From contig JBHGBC010000004.1 in the NCBI GenBank assembly GCA_041946805.1, forward strand, positions 1 through 64,000: a DNA stretch of 64,000 bases, given 5' to 3'. Positions within the stretch are counted from its first letter, which is position 1, and the number at the start of each line of letters is the position of its first letter. Below the pieces are notes generated by a model, which ran no database searches, was not told where the DNA came from, and saw nothing but the letters and a program-made list of their open reading frames with translations. This document shows positions 20,247 through 29,630 of this stretch, in pieces. Made by a program: the position numbers and the translations under genes. The DNA is from a bacterium. Lineage in GTDB: Bacteria; Hinthialibacterota; Hinthialibacteria; Hinthialibacterales; Hinthialibacteraceae.

Positions 20247-20831
20247 TTATTGCCCGCTCTGGGAGCCGGGCGTGAAGCGGTAGATATCACCGTTGGAGAC
20301 CAAGCCGTTGCTGGCGCTGTAAGGCAATATCCCGTCCGCCTGGGTAGCGATGTCCTCATGCCGGTCCGGGCCCGAGGAGAGCACCAGCATCACGCTGCCC
20401 GCCCGCACCGCGTTGCACACGCCCGGGCAACCCCAGGTCCATCCGGCTTTCACGACTTCCTTCACGTTCCACGCGGGGTAAAAAAACGCGTGATTGTGCT
20501 GGGCCGAATCGCCCACACGCTCATTGAGGAAATTATCCAAGGGGATCGAGGCCATGTAGGCGATGGGCGTGGTGATGCAGTGATAGATGGAGTCGGACCC
20601 CCACGCCGTGCCGCCGAAAAACGGGTACGCGTTGTTGTCCAGATTGTACATGTCGAAGGCGGTGCAGATGCTGCGGATGTCCGAATAGGTGCGGGCCACC
20701 TTGGCCTTGATCTGCGCGTTCAAAAAGTTGGGGACCGCGATGGCCGCCAGAATGCCGATGATCGCCACGACGATCAGCAATTCAATCAAGGTGAATCCCG
20801 CGGCGCGGTTCGGGACGGATGAGTTTCTCAT
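20247..20831 (-). CDS. Prepilin-type N-terminal cleavage/methylation protein (GspG/pilin-like)
   Basis: GFTLIELLIVVAIIGILAAIAVPNFLNAQ; ITTPIAYM; SSGPD; YSASNGLVSNGDI. Confidence 0.9.
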   Translation of the reverse strand: MRNSSVPNRAAGFTLIELLIVVAIIGILAAIAVPNFLNAQIKAKVARTYSDIRSICTAFDMYNLDNNAYPFFGGTAWGSDSIYHCITTPIAYMASIPLDNFLNERVGDSAQHNHAFFYPAWNVKEVVKAGWTWGCPGVCNAVRAGSVMLVLSSGPDRHEDIATQADGILPYSASNGLVSNGDIYRFTPGSQSGQ

Positions 20832-20984
20832 GGTGAGTATAGGCTCCTTTGCGTCATCACATGATCCAGAGTCCTGTCAACCGGAACATCGGGAATCCAT
20901 CTGGACCATGTTATCTCATGAATAATGATATCTTACGAATTCCTCTCCGGAAACCATCCGGCCAAATTTTCCCCCGCCATCCCC

Positions 20985-21572
20985 TCATCCGCCGGCGCTG
21001 GTCCGCAGGGAGGGGCCGACGCGGATGATGTCGCCCGCGCTGATCAGCCCGTTGGAGACGTCGTACCGGTCGTCGCCGAATCCGGCTTGCCAGAGGCCGT
21101 CCGGCCCGATGGAATAAAACATGTAATAGGCCCGGCCCTCGAACGTCCCGTAGGGGAACGGCGCGTTGGAACCGAAATAGACGTAGCACTCGATCCAGCT
21201 GGTCTTGGGATTGTCCAGCGGGATGAAGGGATCTTCGGGAATCCGGGAAACATAGGCCACCGGGGTGGTCAGCACGCCGATGCCGGTGAGGGTTTGTTTG
21301 ATCCCGTTGAAGTCGATCGTGCTTTTCGGCGGGCGGATGACACCGGTTCCGTTGTCCACCGGATAGGCGTTGGCATCGAGGTGATAGGCCGTGAGCGCGT
21401 CCTCCAGCATGCGGTGTTCCGCGTACACGCGCGACAACAAGGCGCGCAGGCGGGCGTTGATGAAGTTGGGGACGGCGATGGCGGCCAGAATGCCGATGAT
21501 CGCCACGACGATCAGCAGTTCAATGAGCGTGAAACCGGATGCCCTCCGGTTGACCGGGCGAAATGGATTCAT
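20985..21572 (-). CDS. Prepilin-type N-terminal cleavage/methylation protein
   Basis: GFTLIELLIVVAIIGILAAIAVPNFINA; LTTPVAYV..IPEDPF; SIGPD; YDVSNGLISAGDI. Confidence 0.9.
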   Translation of the reverse strand: MNPFRPVNRRASGFTLIELLIVVAIIGILAAIAVPNFINARLRALLSRVYAEHRMLEDALTAYHLDANAYPVDNGTGVIRPPKSTIDFNGIKQTLTGIGVLTTPVAYVSRIPEDPFIPLDNPKTSWIECYVYFGSNAPFPYGTFEGRAYYMFYSIGPDGLWQAGFGDDRYDVSNGLISAGDIIRVGPSLRTSAGG

Positions 21573-21581
21573 GGGATTCCG

Positions 21582-22073
21582 TCATTCGGTTTTTTCACGG
21601 GCCGGCCATTGGTCCGCGATGACGCGCAGGGGCTCCTTCATTTCCGAATAAAAGGCCAGGATATCCGCGCCCAGGCACTGGCACAACATCAACACCGGCT
21701 GGATGCCCGGATCCGTCTTCTCCCGTTCCCGCAGATCCATCACCAGGGCGTGCATCGGCTCGATGCCATCCCGCAGCCATTTGTCGATCCGCCCGAGAGG
21801 CGCCCGGGGATCGCCGGAGGGAACGGCCCCGGCCGCTTCATCTTGTCCGGGGTGAGCGGGGATCAGCAGGATATCCACCAGGGCGTCGATTTCCTGGCGC
21901 ACGTTCTGCAGGAGGCCGCGGAAGCGGCCGCACAAAGCCACCACGGCCGCCCGCGTATCCGGCCCGGTTTCGAGTTTCAGGATCTCGGCCGCAATATAGG
22001 CCACCGCTTGTTCGATCGAAAAGAACAACCGGTACAATTCCCGCAGCGGCGCGTCGAATGGGTGATCGTTCAT
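21582..22073 (-). CDS. Hypothetical alpha-helical protein
   Basis: Coding-like ORF ending 9 bp before the pilin start; probable start MNDHPFD. Confidence 0.6.
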   Translation of the reverse strand: MNDHPFDAPLRELYRLFFSIEQAVAYIAAEILKLETGPDTRAAVVALCGRFRGLLQNVRQEIDALVDILLIPAHPGQDEAAGAVPSGDPRAPLGRIDKWLRDGIEPMHALVMDLREREKTDPGIQPVLMLCQCLGADILAFYSEMKEPLRVIADQWPAREKTE

Positions 22074-22127
22074 GGCGGCGCGTTCCCCGTTTGTGTCCCG
22101 GACAGCGGGAGAGATTTCCGGACACGC

Positions 22128-22388
22128 CTGGATTCTGTTGAGTTTTTCCAACGCAGATCAAATAAGCAAAACGCAACAGGTTAATCGATGGTACGAAAAG
22201 CCAATAGGGCGTCCTTTCCGGGCTTCCCTCACCCTAACCCTCTCCCAGAGGGAGAGGGAATGGGTTACCTGGGTCCCGGCCATCTCCCAGGGCTGAAGCC
22301 CTGGGTTAGTTCCATAGCGCTACTGGCGCTGGAACGGCCATTCCGCATTTCCGTACCTCATTCATGCCGAAAACTCAACAGAACCTAG
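22128..22388 (+). mobile_element. MITE-like family 1, best preserved copy (261 bp)
   Basis: CTGGATTCTGTTGAGTTTT ... AAAACTCAACAGAACCTAG inverted termini; internal REP A (22226-22258) and D (22286-22307). Confidence 0.8.
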
Positions 22389-22485
22389 TTCTTATGGAGG
22401 ATATCGTATTCTCCGAAGGGGAACCGCGCTACCGGCGCGTGATCCTTGCGATGGAGAATACACCCGGTGGAACGGGGGAAATCAA

Positions 22486-23370
22486 CTACCAATCCAGATC
22501 TTTCTCGAAGCCGTACCGGACCAACATTTCCCCCGCGGTCTGTTTGAACAGATCCGTGATTTCCTCGTCGAAGTGCTTCCGCCATTCCCCGATTTTTCCT
22601 TTCCGGAACGTGGGGCTGGCGCCGGAGAAGAGTCCCCGGCGGATTTTGTCGATTTCCGCCGGGGAGATGTCCATCTCCAGAAAATCGAACAAGCGCTGAA
22701 TGACCTCCATTTGGGTTTGCCGTCCCCCGCCCCCCTCCTCACCGATCAGGTCTTCGAAACGCACCACGCCGGAAGGCTCCCGCATCCAGCCGAGAAAAGA
22801 ACCCAGGCGCTCACCAAGCGGGGGATGCCCCGCCGCCGCGTCGCCCCGGATTTCCAAGAGCAGCGCGCTGCGCAGATCGGGCTCCCGCGCATACAGCGAA
22901 TGGAGGTAATGGTCTTTTTTCCGGCGGATATAAAACGCCTCGGAAACCGCCACGTCGCGGGGATCCCGGATCATGAAGAGGACTTTGATCCCTTGATCGG
23001 CCAGCACCTGGCGGCGCTGTTCGGAGTAGTGCAGATGGCTGACGAGGATCTGGCCGGGCTTGAGGCCGCGCGCGATGTTGGCGAGACCGCGGTACTTGTC
23101 GAGGTGGGAATTGAACAGGGTGGACATGAACTTGCGGTAGAGCCGCGGATGCAGGCAGAGCATCCGTTCCAACAGATGAGTGCCCGCCTTGGGAATGCTG
23201 ACGCAAAAGATCCGGGGCAGGCCGGGACGGCCTCTGCGCCGCCAGATCTTGTCCGGGGTCATGCCGAAGCGTTTGAGGTCCCACCAGGTCTTGGAGAGAC
23301 TCCAACGGCCGCTGAGGGTGGACCAGTTCGTCAACCGTTTCATCATGCCGAAATCGAGCATTCTATTCAT
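22486..23370 (-). CDS. Sulfotransferase
   Basis: 5'-PSB IPKAGTHLL, 3'-PB RDPRDVAVS, VRFEDL, FRKGKIGEW. Confidence 0.9.
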   Translation of the reverse strand: MNRMLDFGMMKRLTNWSTLSGRWSLSKTWWDLKRFGMTPDKIWRRRGRPGLPRIFCVSIPKAGTHLLERMLCLHPRLYRKFMSTLFNSHLDKYRGLANIARGLKPGQILVSHLHYSEQRRQVLADQGIKVLFMIRDPRDVAVSEAFYIRRKKDHYLHSLYAREPDLRSALLLEIRGDAAAGHPPLGERLGSFLGWMREPSGVVRFEDLIGEEGGGGRQTQMEVIQRLFDFLEMDISPAEIDKIRRGLFSGASPTFRKGKIGEWRKHFDEEITDLFKQTAGEMLVRYGFEKDLDW

Positions 23371-24532
23371 GAGGCGCTCCAATCGCGGTTTGATAGATGG
23401 CGAGCAACCGCTGATAGTATTGGTCCGGATTGTGATTCCGTTCCGCCCGTTCCCGCGCCTGGCGGCCGTACGCCAGGGCCGCGGCGGGATTGTTCCACAG
23501 GGTTTTCATTTTCTCCGCGCAATCGGCCGCGTTCCCCGCCTCGAACAACAAACCGGTTTCGCCCCCGTCCACGAGTTCGGGGATGCTGCCCGTGCGGGAG
23601 GCCACCACCGGGCGCCCATGAGCCATGGCCTCCAACACCACCATGGGGCAGGCCTCGTAACACAGGCTGGGGACGATCACGAAACGCGCCCGGGCGTACA
23701 ACGCGTCCAATTCCGCCTTGTCCTTCCGGCCGAGCAGCTCGACGTGGGGCGGGATCTCCAGTTTCAATTCGGCCAGATTGGACGTATCGGCCGCCACTTT
23801 GACCGGAATCTCCGGGGCCCGGCGCGCCGCCTCCAGCAAAACCTCGATGCCTTTGGAAACCGAAAGCCGGCCCACGAACAGGGCGAAGGGATTCTGGTTA
23901 TCCGGTTCCCCGTTCCGCTTCGGAAGCGCGATCATGTTGGGGAGGATGGAAATCCGGTCCTCCGGAAAGCCCTCGCCGGCCAGGATGTTTTTTTGGAAAC
24001 GGGAAAGCGTGATGAAGTGCGTCACGTTGTCCAGAAAAAGGCGGAAACGGCGGTGCACCCAGTTGCGCAGCGTGTAACTGATGCTGACGGCGTGATTCTG
24101 CTTGCAATTGCGCAGGACGCACCAATATTCGCGCCCCCCCAGGCACCGGTGGCAGTTGCGGTTGTGGCTGAACAAAATCCCGGCTGGACAGACCAGGCGG
24201 AAATTGTGGCAGGTCATCACCACGGGGACTTGTTCCGCGCGGCAGGCGGCCAGCGCCGAGGGAGAGATCAGCGGATGGACATTATGCACGTGCACGAGAT
24301 CCGGCTGGAACAACCGGAGCGTCTCGCGCAAGCCGGCCCGGCCGGCCCGGCTGTAAACGCCGCTGACCGCCGTCCGCAACGCCCCCCGCCAGCCGGAAGC
24401 GATATCGCGGCTGTCCCGGGTGAAGAGTTCCACCGGGTGGCCCTTCTCCCGCAGCAAGGCCGTGGTCTGTTCCATGACGATTTCCTCGCCGCCCCGGATA
24501 CGGTAATAGTTATGAACTTGAAGAACCTTAAT
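23363..24532 (-). CDS. Glycosyltransferase family 4, probable ATT start
   Basis: FVGRLSVSKG, EACPMVVLEAMAHGRPVVAS; frame extends upstream of ATG 24475 as IKVLQVHNYYRIRGGEEIV, with AGGAGGT 8 nt before ATT. Confidence 0.88.
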   Translation of the reverse strand: MKVLQVHNYYRIRGGEEIVMEQTTALLREKGHPVELFTRDSRDIASGWRGALRTAVSGVYSRAGRAGLRETLRLFQPDLVHVHNVHPLISPSALAACRAEQVPVVMTCHNFRLVCPAGILFSHNRNCHRCLGGREYWCVLRNCKQNHAVSISYTLRNWVHRRFRLFLDNVTHFITLSRFQKNILAGEGFPEDRISILPNMIALPKRNGEPDNQNPFALFVGRLSVSKGIEVLLEAARRAPEIPVKVAADTSNLAELKLEIPPHVELLGRKDKAELDALYARARFVIVPSLCYEACPMVVLEAMAHGRPVVASRTGSIPELVDGGETGLLFEAGNAADCAEKMKTLWNNPAAALAYGRQARERAERNHNPDQYYQRLLAIYQTAIGAPHE

Positions 24533-25757
24533 GGCTCGTGACCTCCTGGGAGGGGAAAAATGTCCGCCGCCGCATGACGCCGTACGCCGCGCCGATCAGG
24601 GCGAAAATGGGATTCAGCAAATACAGGCAATAGGTCAAGCTGTTTTCGGTCAGAGTGACCAGCAGCAGGATCATCAGGCCGGCGTACAGGGTGGCGAAGG
24701 CCTGTTTCAAGGTGGGATCCTCGACGCGGTTGTAATACACGAAGGCCGCCGCCAGTTGCAGGACCATGGCGCCGAGAAAGAAGGCCAGGCCGATCAGCCC
24801 GTAATCGGCCAACACCCGCAGATAATCATTCACCGGTTTCTGCATCTGGTCTTGCAGATAGCCCGATCCCCCGCCGGCCAGCAGGTAGGGCCGGGCCTTG
24901 TCCATGGCCTGGTTCCATAGCGGTTCCACTTGGCTTTTGTCCTGCAGGTCGAACCGCCCGGCGCTTTGGAATTTTCCATGAATCAGATCGGACAAGGTTC
25001 CATGCCCGGATTTGAAAAACCGGGCCTGGAAATGGGGCGTGTAAAACAAACCGGCGCCGACCAGCAGAATGACGGCCACGGCCACGGCCTTTTGCAGCAT
25101 TTCCTTGGGCCAATTCGCGCGCGTAAAGGGAAACAGCAGCCAGACGATCAGGGTCGAGAAGGTCGCCATCCGACCGCCCGATAGGAAAGCCATGAACACA
25201 CACGCCCCCCAATACACGGCCCGTTTCCACAAGGCGTGCTGAAAATCACAGACCAGAAACACCGTGGTGATCACGATCACCAGGGCGTAGGTGCGCGAAC
25301 CGGTCGGCTGCCAGATGGCGAAGAAGGGATGCCGGGTGACTTTCGGCATCAGGACGAACAGGAAGAACAAGACCACCAGCGCCGCGAATCCGTACCGGTA
25401 GGCCTCCAGGTACTTTTTCAAAAACGACTCGTGATAAAAAGCCGCCGAGGCCGCCATTCCCACGAAGAAGGGCGTGGTGATCTGGAAGACGTTCTGCATC
25501 GCGTAGCGGGCGTCGAAATCGGACCACAGCAGCACGAACACCACATACAGGGTCCAGGGCCCCCAGATCCCCATGGGAAAGTACACCCGTTTCTTCAAGG
25601 TGAAGACGATCATCACCGCCGCCAGGAACACCGCCGGCCAGACATAGCCCGTCCCGTTGAGGCCCATCACCTGAAATTTGGCCAGCACCGGCGACACCGC
25701 CGCCACCAGCGGGATGCTGTAGAAAAAATGAAACACGCGGCTGTCCGGTTTTTCCAT
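24528..25757 (-). CDS. O-antigen ligase/Wzy polymerase family membrane protein
   Basis: Starts MEKPDSR, overlapping the flippase stop (TGATG); SGGRMA, NDYLRVLADYGLIG; about 10 TM. Confidence 0.8.
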   Translation of the reverse strand: MEKPDSRVFHFFYSIPLVAAVSPVLAKFQVMGLNGTGYVWPAVFLAAVMIVFTLKKRVYFPMGIWGPWTLYVVFVLLWSDFDARYAMQNVFQITTPFFVGMAASAAFYHESFLKKYLEAYRYGFAALVVLFFLFVLMPKVTRHPFFAIWQPTGSRTYALVIVITTVFLVCDFQHALWKRAVYWGACVFMAFLSGGRMATFSTLIVWLLFPFTRANWPKEMLQKAVAVAVILLVGAGLFYTPHFQARFFKSGHGTLSDLIHGKFQSAGRFDLQDKSQVEPLWNQAMDKARPYLLAGGGSGYLQDQMQKPVNDYLRVLADYGLIGLAFFLGAMVLQLAAAFVYYNRVEDPTLKQAFATLYAGLMILLLVTLTENSLTYCLYLLNPIFALIGAAYGVMRRRTFFPSQEVTSH

Positions 25758-27091
25758 CACGCGCCCGCCCGGCCGCCGGCCGGGGCCTCCCCCCTTTCCA
25801 CATGGCTCCAGAACACCGCGTACCGCATGACCGTGATCAGCACGTTCCCGCCCAAGAACCCATACGCCGCGCCCACCGGCCCGAACTGATAGGCCAGCCC
25901 GATCCCGGCGGTGAACAAAAAAATCAGGGAACAGATATTCGAGTAGAAATTCAAATCCGCGCGGCCGATCGCGATCAGGCCCGTGGAGAAGGTGTAGGAG
26001 GTCGACGCGAAGAGGATATTCAACGCCAGCGGGGCGATGACCGCGCCCTGGCCCGCGTACAGGTTGCCGTACATCAGCGACACCAGGGGATCCCCCAGCG
26101 CCAGGAACAACAAGCTGTAGGGCAGCATCATCCCCACATACACCGCCGTGATCTTGAGCAGGTAGAGGTGGAAACGCCTTCCCGTCCGCCGGGCCGAGGC
26201 ATGGGCGATTTTCGGGGCCAGGTAGTTCTGAATGCCCAGCTGGAAGGGATTGCCCAGGTTCACGATGCCGAAACAGGCGGCCCAGATCCCGGTGGCGCGG
26301 GGGCCGTGAAAGATCAAGAGCAGCCAGGGATAGGCGGCCCCGGCGAGCAGGGTGATGATCAGGCTGGCGTAAATCCATTTCCCCAGGGCCCAGTTTTTCT
26401 TCCAATCGTCCAGCCAGCGCGCCGTTTCGAAGTGGAACAACAGCCGGTTCTGGCGCAGCCACCACGCGTTGACCACCCCGCAGGCCGCCGTGGCCGCCAG
26501 GTACGCCCATGCCGCGGACAGCCGCCCGGCCCAGGCCAGCCCGGCCATGAGGCCCACCTGCAGCACCGTCACCACCGCGTCGAACCACGAGGCGTCGTTG
26601 ATGCGGAAGGTAGCGAAACAGATCCGCCGGATCAGTTCGCGCATCAGGATGAACGCCAGGGCGAAGGCCAGGGCCACGAACACCCAGGCGAAATCCACGC
26701 TGTACCACACCCGCGCCCCCGCCGCCCCCAGCAGCGATCCCACGAACGCCACCCCCGACAAGGCCGCCTGGTGCGCGAGCGTGCTGCCCGAGTATCGCTT
26801 CAACGCCGCGCCGTTCAGCTTCTGGCTGTGAAACGTGTAGGGCGTCGCGATCAGCGAGTTCTGCGTGGTTTTGAAAAAGTTCACGACGGTCTGTCCCAGC
26901 ATGTACATGGCGAACTGCTCGGCCGGACAGGCCCGCGCCACGAGGATGCTGGTCAGAAAATTGTTCGCGCTGCAGATCCCCTGGTTGGACAAGGCCATCA
27001 CGCCCTGGCGCAGGGACGGCCGGCTCAACCGGAGCCGCGCCCGCCGCCACCAGGCCGCGTGTGGACCCGCTTCGGCCGGTATCGTCGGCAT
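25757..27091 (-). CDS. Polysaccharide flippase (Wzx)
   Basis: NQGICSANNF..ILVAR, about 12 TM, YQFGPVGAAYG. Confidence 0.85.
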   Translation of the reverse strand: MPTIPAEAGPHAAWWRRARLRLSRPSLRQGVMALSNQGICSANNFLTSILVARACPAEQFAMYMLGQTVVNFFKTTQNSLIATPYTFHSQKLNGAALKRYSGSTLAHQAALSGVAFVGSLLGAAGARVWYSVDFAWVFVALAFALAFILMRELIRRICFATFRINDASWFDAVVTVLQVGLMAGLAWAGRLSAAWAYLAATAACGVVNAWWLRQNRLLFHFETARWLDDWKKNWALGKWIYASLIITLLAGAAYPWLLLIFHGPRATGIWAACFGIVNLGNPFQLGIQNYLAPKIAHASARRTGRRFHLYLLKITAVYVGMMLPYSLLFLALGDPLVSLMYGNLYAGQGAVIAPLALNILFASTSYTFSTGLIAIGRADLNFYSNICSLIFLFTAGIGLAYQFGPVGAAYGFLGGNVLITVMRYAVFWSHVERGEAPAGGRAGA

Positions 27092-27172
27092 GGATTCTCC
27101 CTACCGGTCCGGAAACGTCCGGACCGGTTCCCGCGGTTCGCGCTGAAGGATGCTGATTCGGGGACGCCGGTT

Positions 27173-29377
27173 CTACAGCAACCGCTCGTAGATCAATTGC
27201 GGGATATGGAACCGCTGCTTGTTCAAGATCACCCCGAGGACATTCCCCCCTTTGTGAAGGATCATGTCCCGGAGATGGGCGGTGGCCTGCCAGCGCGTCT
27301 TTTCCGCCTCCACCACCAGCACCACGCCGTCGAAGTTGCGGGACAGGGTCATCCCGTACGCCGACATCGAGGCGGCGGGCGAATCGATGAGGACTAGGTC
27401 ATATTCCTCCCGCAGAGCCGCCAATGTTTGGGCAAACACGCGGGAATCGATCATCCCCAGCGAAGGCTGCACCCGGAGGGAACTGACATGGACGCCGTTC
27501 TCCCCCAGGGGAAGGATCCCGCCGCGCAGCAGATCCGCCGGGGGCGTCCCGGACGGTCCCTTTTTTCCATTGCGGGAAGGTTCCTCCGCCAGGCCCGGTT
27601 CCATGGTGACCCACAGGACCTGGTTGTGGAATTTCTCGGCCGCGACCCGCGCCAGCTCCTTCACCAGCGTGGTGGTCCCTTCCCCCCGGTTGGCGCTGAT
27701 GAACTGGACGATCCGCCCCTTCTCGCTGGGGAACATCAGATTGAGGTTGTGGTACATCACCATCAGGCGCTCGTCGGCGGTTTGCCCCGTGGCGTTGTAG
27801 GACATGGCCGACAGGACCGGCAATCCCAGCCGCTGCTGGATGTCCTCGTTGGTCTGCAGCGAATCGTCGAAGTAATTCTTGGCCATGGCGATTAGGACGC
27901 CGCCCAGGCTGCCCGCCACCAGGGCGATCAGCAGGATCAAGAGTTTCTTGGGCGCGGCGGCTTCGAACGGCAGGGTGGGCGGCTGCACGATGGAGACGTT
28001 GGAGACCTTGCTCTCGTCCAGCGCGGCGTTGACCTTCGCGCGCTGATATTTGTTGAGGAATTCGTTATACTCCGAGTTCAACGCATCCAGTTCGCGTTGC
28101 AACTGTTTGATGACAAACTCGCGCCGGGTCCATTCGTTCAGCTCGTTCCGGCGGGCCTCCATCACTCCCAGCAGATATTTCTCCTGGTCTTTCATCGCCT
28201 CCAGGTCGGATTGTTCCAGGTTCAACAGGTGCTGGAGGCTTTTCTGGTTCGAATCGATGCCCGAGGTGACCTCCGTGTGGGTCGCGTTGGCCTGCCTCAT
28301 CATGGATTCCAGGAGTTTGATCTGCTCGCGGAGGTCTTTCAGGTTTTTGTTGTTGTCCGAATACCGGCTGGCGAGCTGGGTTTCCTGCACCTTGAGTTTC
28401 ATCCACTCTTCCCGCAGGGCATCGGCGTAATAGTTGGTTTTCCCTTCCGTGCGGTTCAGTTCCACCGGTTCGATGGGATTTTTATGCAAGATCTGGTTGA
28501 ACGCCGCGATCCGCGCGCGCGAGCCTTCCATCCGGCTGCCGAGCGTATCCAGCTCCCGCTGCACGCTGCCGATCTGGGCGATCACCTCGTTTTTCTGCTC
28601 CAGGACCGATCCGATGCCGTGCTGGGTCCGGTAGTCCTCCAGTTCCTTTTCCTTGGCTTGGATCCGCTCCAGCATGCGCGCCGATTGCGCCTCGAAGAAA
28701 TCGGGCGGGGCCTGCGAGCGGTGGACCTCGATGTGATGCTCCTGGTACGCGTCCAACACCTTGGCCAACACCCGCCGCGCGGTCTCCGGAGCGGTTTCCT
28801 GCATCGAGACCTTGAGGATGTTGCTGTCCTCGACCGGCTCCACCCCCAGGTTTTCCAACAGCCGCATGACCGCCTGTTCGCGGGGGGAAAGTTCCGTGGC
28901 CAGGCCCGTGGCAATCATCATGTTTTTCACGCCGCTTTTCACGGCGCCCAGGCCGGCGCGGAGGACCTCCAGGGAGCGCGACAGCCGCGTGCCGCTTTCG
29001 GTTTCCGGCTCCGCGGACATGAAATAGTCCGGACCGATCTCATCCACAATCCGCTCCGCGATGATCCGGCTTTTCAGGATCGCCACTTCCGAGTTGACCT
29101 CGTTTTCCCGCTGCTGGGCGATGGGAAAAATCGGTCCGACCACGGAAGGATCCAGCGACGCGGCGCGGCCCACCTTGATCAGCAGTTTGCTCTCCGAAAC
29201 ATAGCGGGATGGGGACAGAAACACGTACAACGCCGCCGCCAAGACCGTGGCCATGAAAAATACGGCGATCTTCCCCTTGTGTTTGAAGAGTATGTTCAAG
29301 ACATCCCGCAGGGACATCCGGCTTTCCCGCGCATACTGGTTTTCCGCGTTGTGTAGGTCATGCCAGTGCATATCCAT
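27173..29377 (-). CDS. GumC/Wzc-like polysaccharide co-polymerase with degenerate BY-kinase domain
   Basis: SLRDVLNILFKHK Wzz N-terminus, coiled coil, NVSIVQPP, LGLPVL, SANRGEGTTT, VLIDSP, GVILNK. Confidence 0.88.
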   Translation of the reverse strand: MDMHWHDLHNAENQYARESRMSLRDVLNILFKHKGKIAVFFMATVLAAALYVFLSPSRYVSESKLLIKVGRAASLDPSVVGPIFPIAQQRENEVNSEVAILKSRIIAERIVDEIGPDYFMSAEPETESGTRLSRSLEVLRAGLGAVKSGVKNMMIATGLATELSPREQAVMRLLENLGVEPVEDSNILKVSMQETAPETARRVLAKVLDAYQEHHIEVHRSQAPPDFFEAQSARMLERIQAKEKELEDYRTQHGIGSVLEQKNEVIAQIGSVQRELDTLGSRMEGSRARIAAFNQILHKNPIEPVELNRTEGKTNYYADALREEWMKLKVQETQLASRYSDNNKNLKDLREQIKLLESMMRQANATHTEVTSGIDSNQKSLQHLLNLEQSDLEAMKDQEKYLLGVMEARRNELNEWTRREFVIKQLQRELDALNSEYNEFLNKYQRAKVNAALDESKVSNVSIVQPPTLPFEAAAPKKLLILLIALVAGSLGGVLIAMAKNYFDDSLQTNEDIQQRLGLPVLSAMSYNATGQTADERLMVMYHNLNLMFPSEKGRIVQFISANRGEGTTTLVKELARVAAEKFHNQVLWVTMEPGLAEEPSRNGKKGPSGTPPADLLRGGILPLGENGVHVSSLRVQPSLGMIDSRVFAQTLAALREEYDLVLIDSPAASMSAYGMTLSRNFDGVVLVVEAEKTRWQATAHLRDMILHKGGNVLGVILNKQRFHIPQLIYERLL

Positions 29378-29630
29378 GATTCGTCACTCATTTTTTATAT
29401 AGGATGGTTGGAATCCGCGCCGTTGGCCGAGACTTATTTGTTTGTCCTGGATGCCGAATCGCGATGAGGGGAATGAACCGCTTCCGAAAACAATCCGGCT
29501 TGGAACGCCAGAATTGGACAACATTTCATGCGCACAAAACAGAATGAAATCAAAACCGCTGTTGCCAAACTCCGTTATGATCCGATCCTGTTCCCCAGGA
29601 ATCCCCCCGGCCACGATCCGCCGGCCGGTC

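Noticed and set aside
24528..27050. 840-aa ORF as a single fusion protein
   Set aside because: Its first half is an off-frame overlap of the flippase gene; the real Wzy begins at 25757
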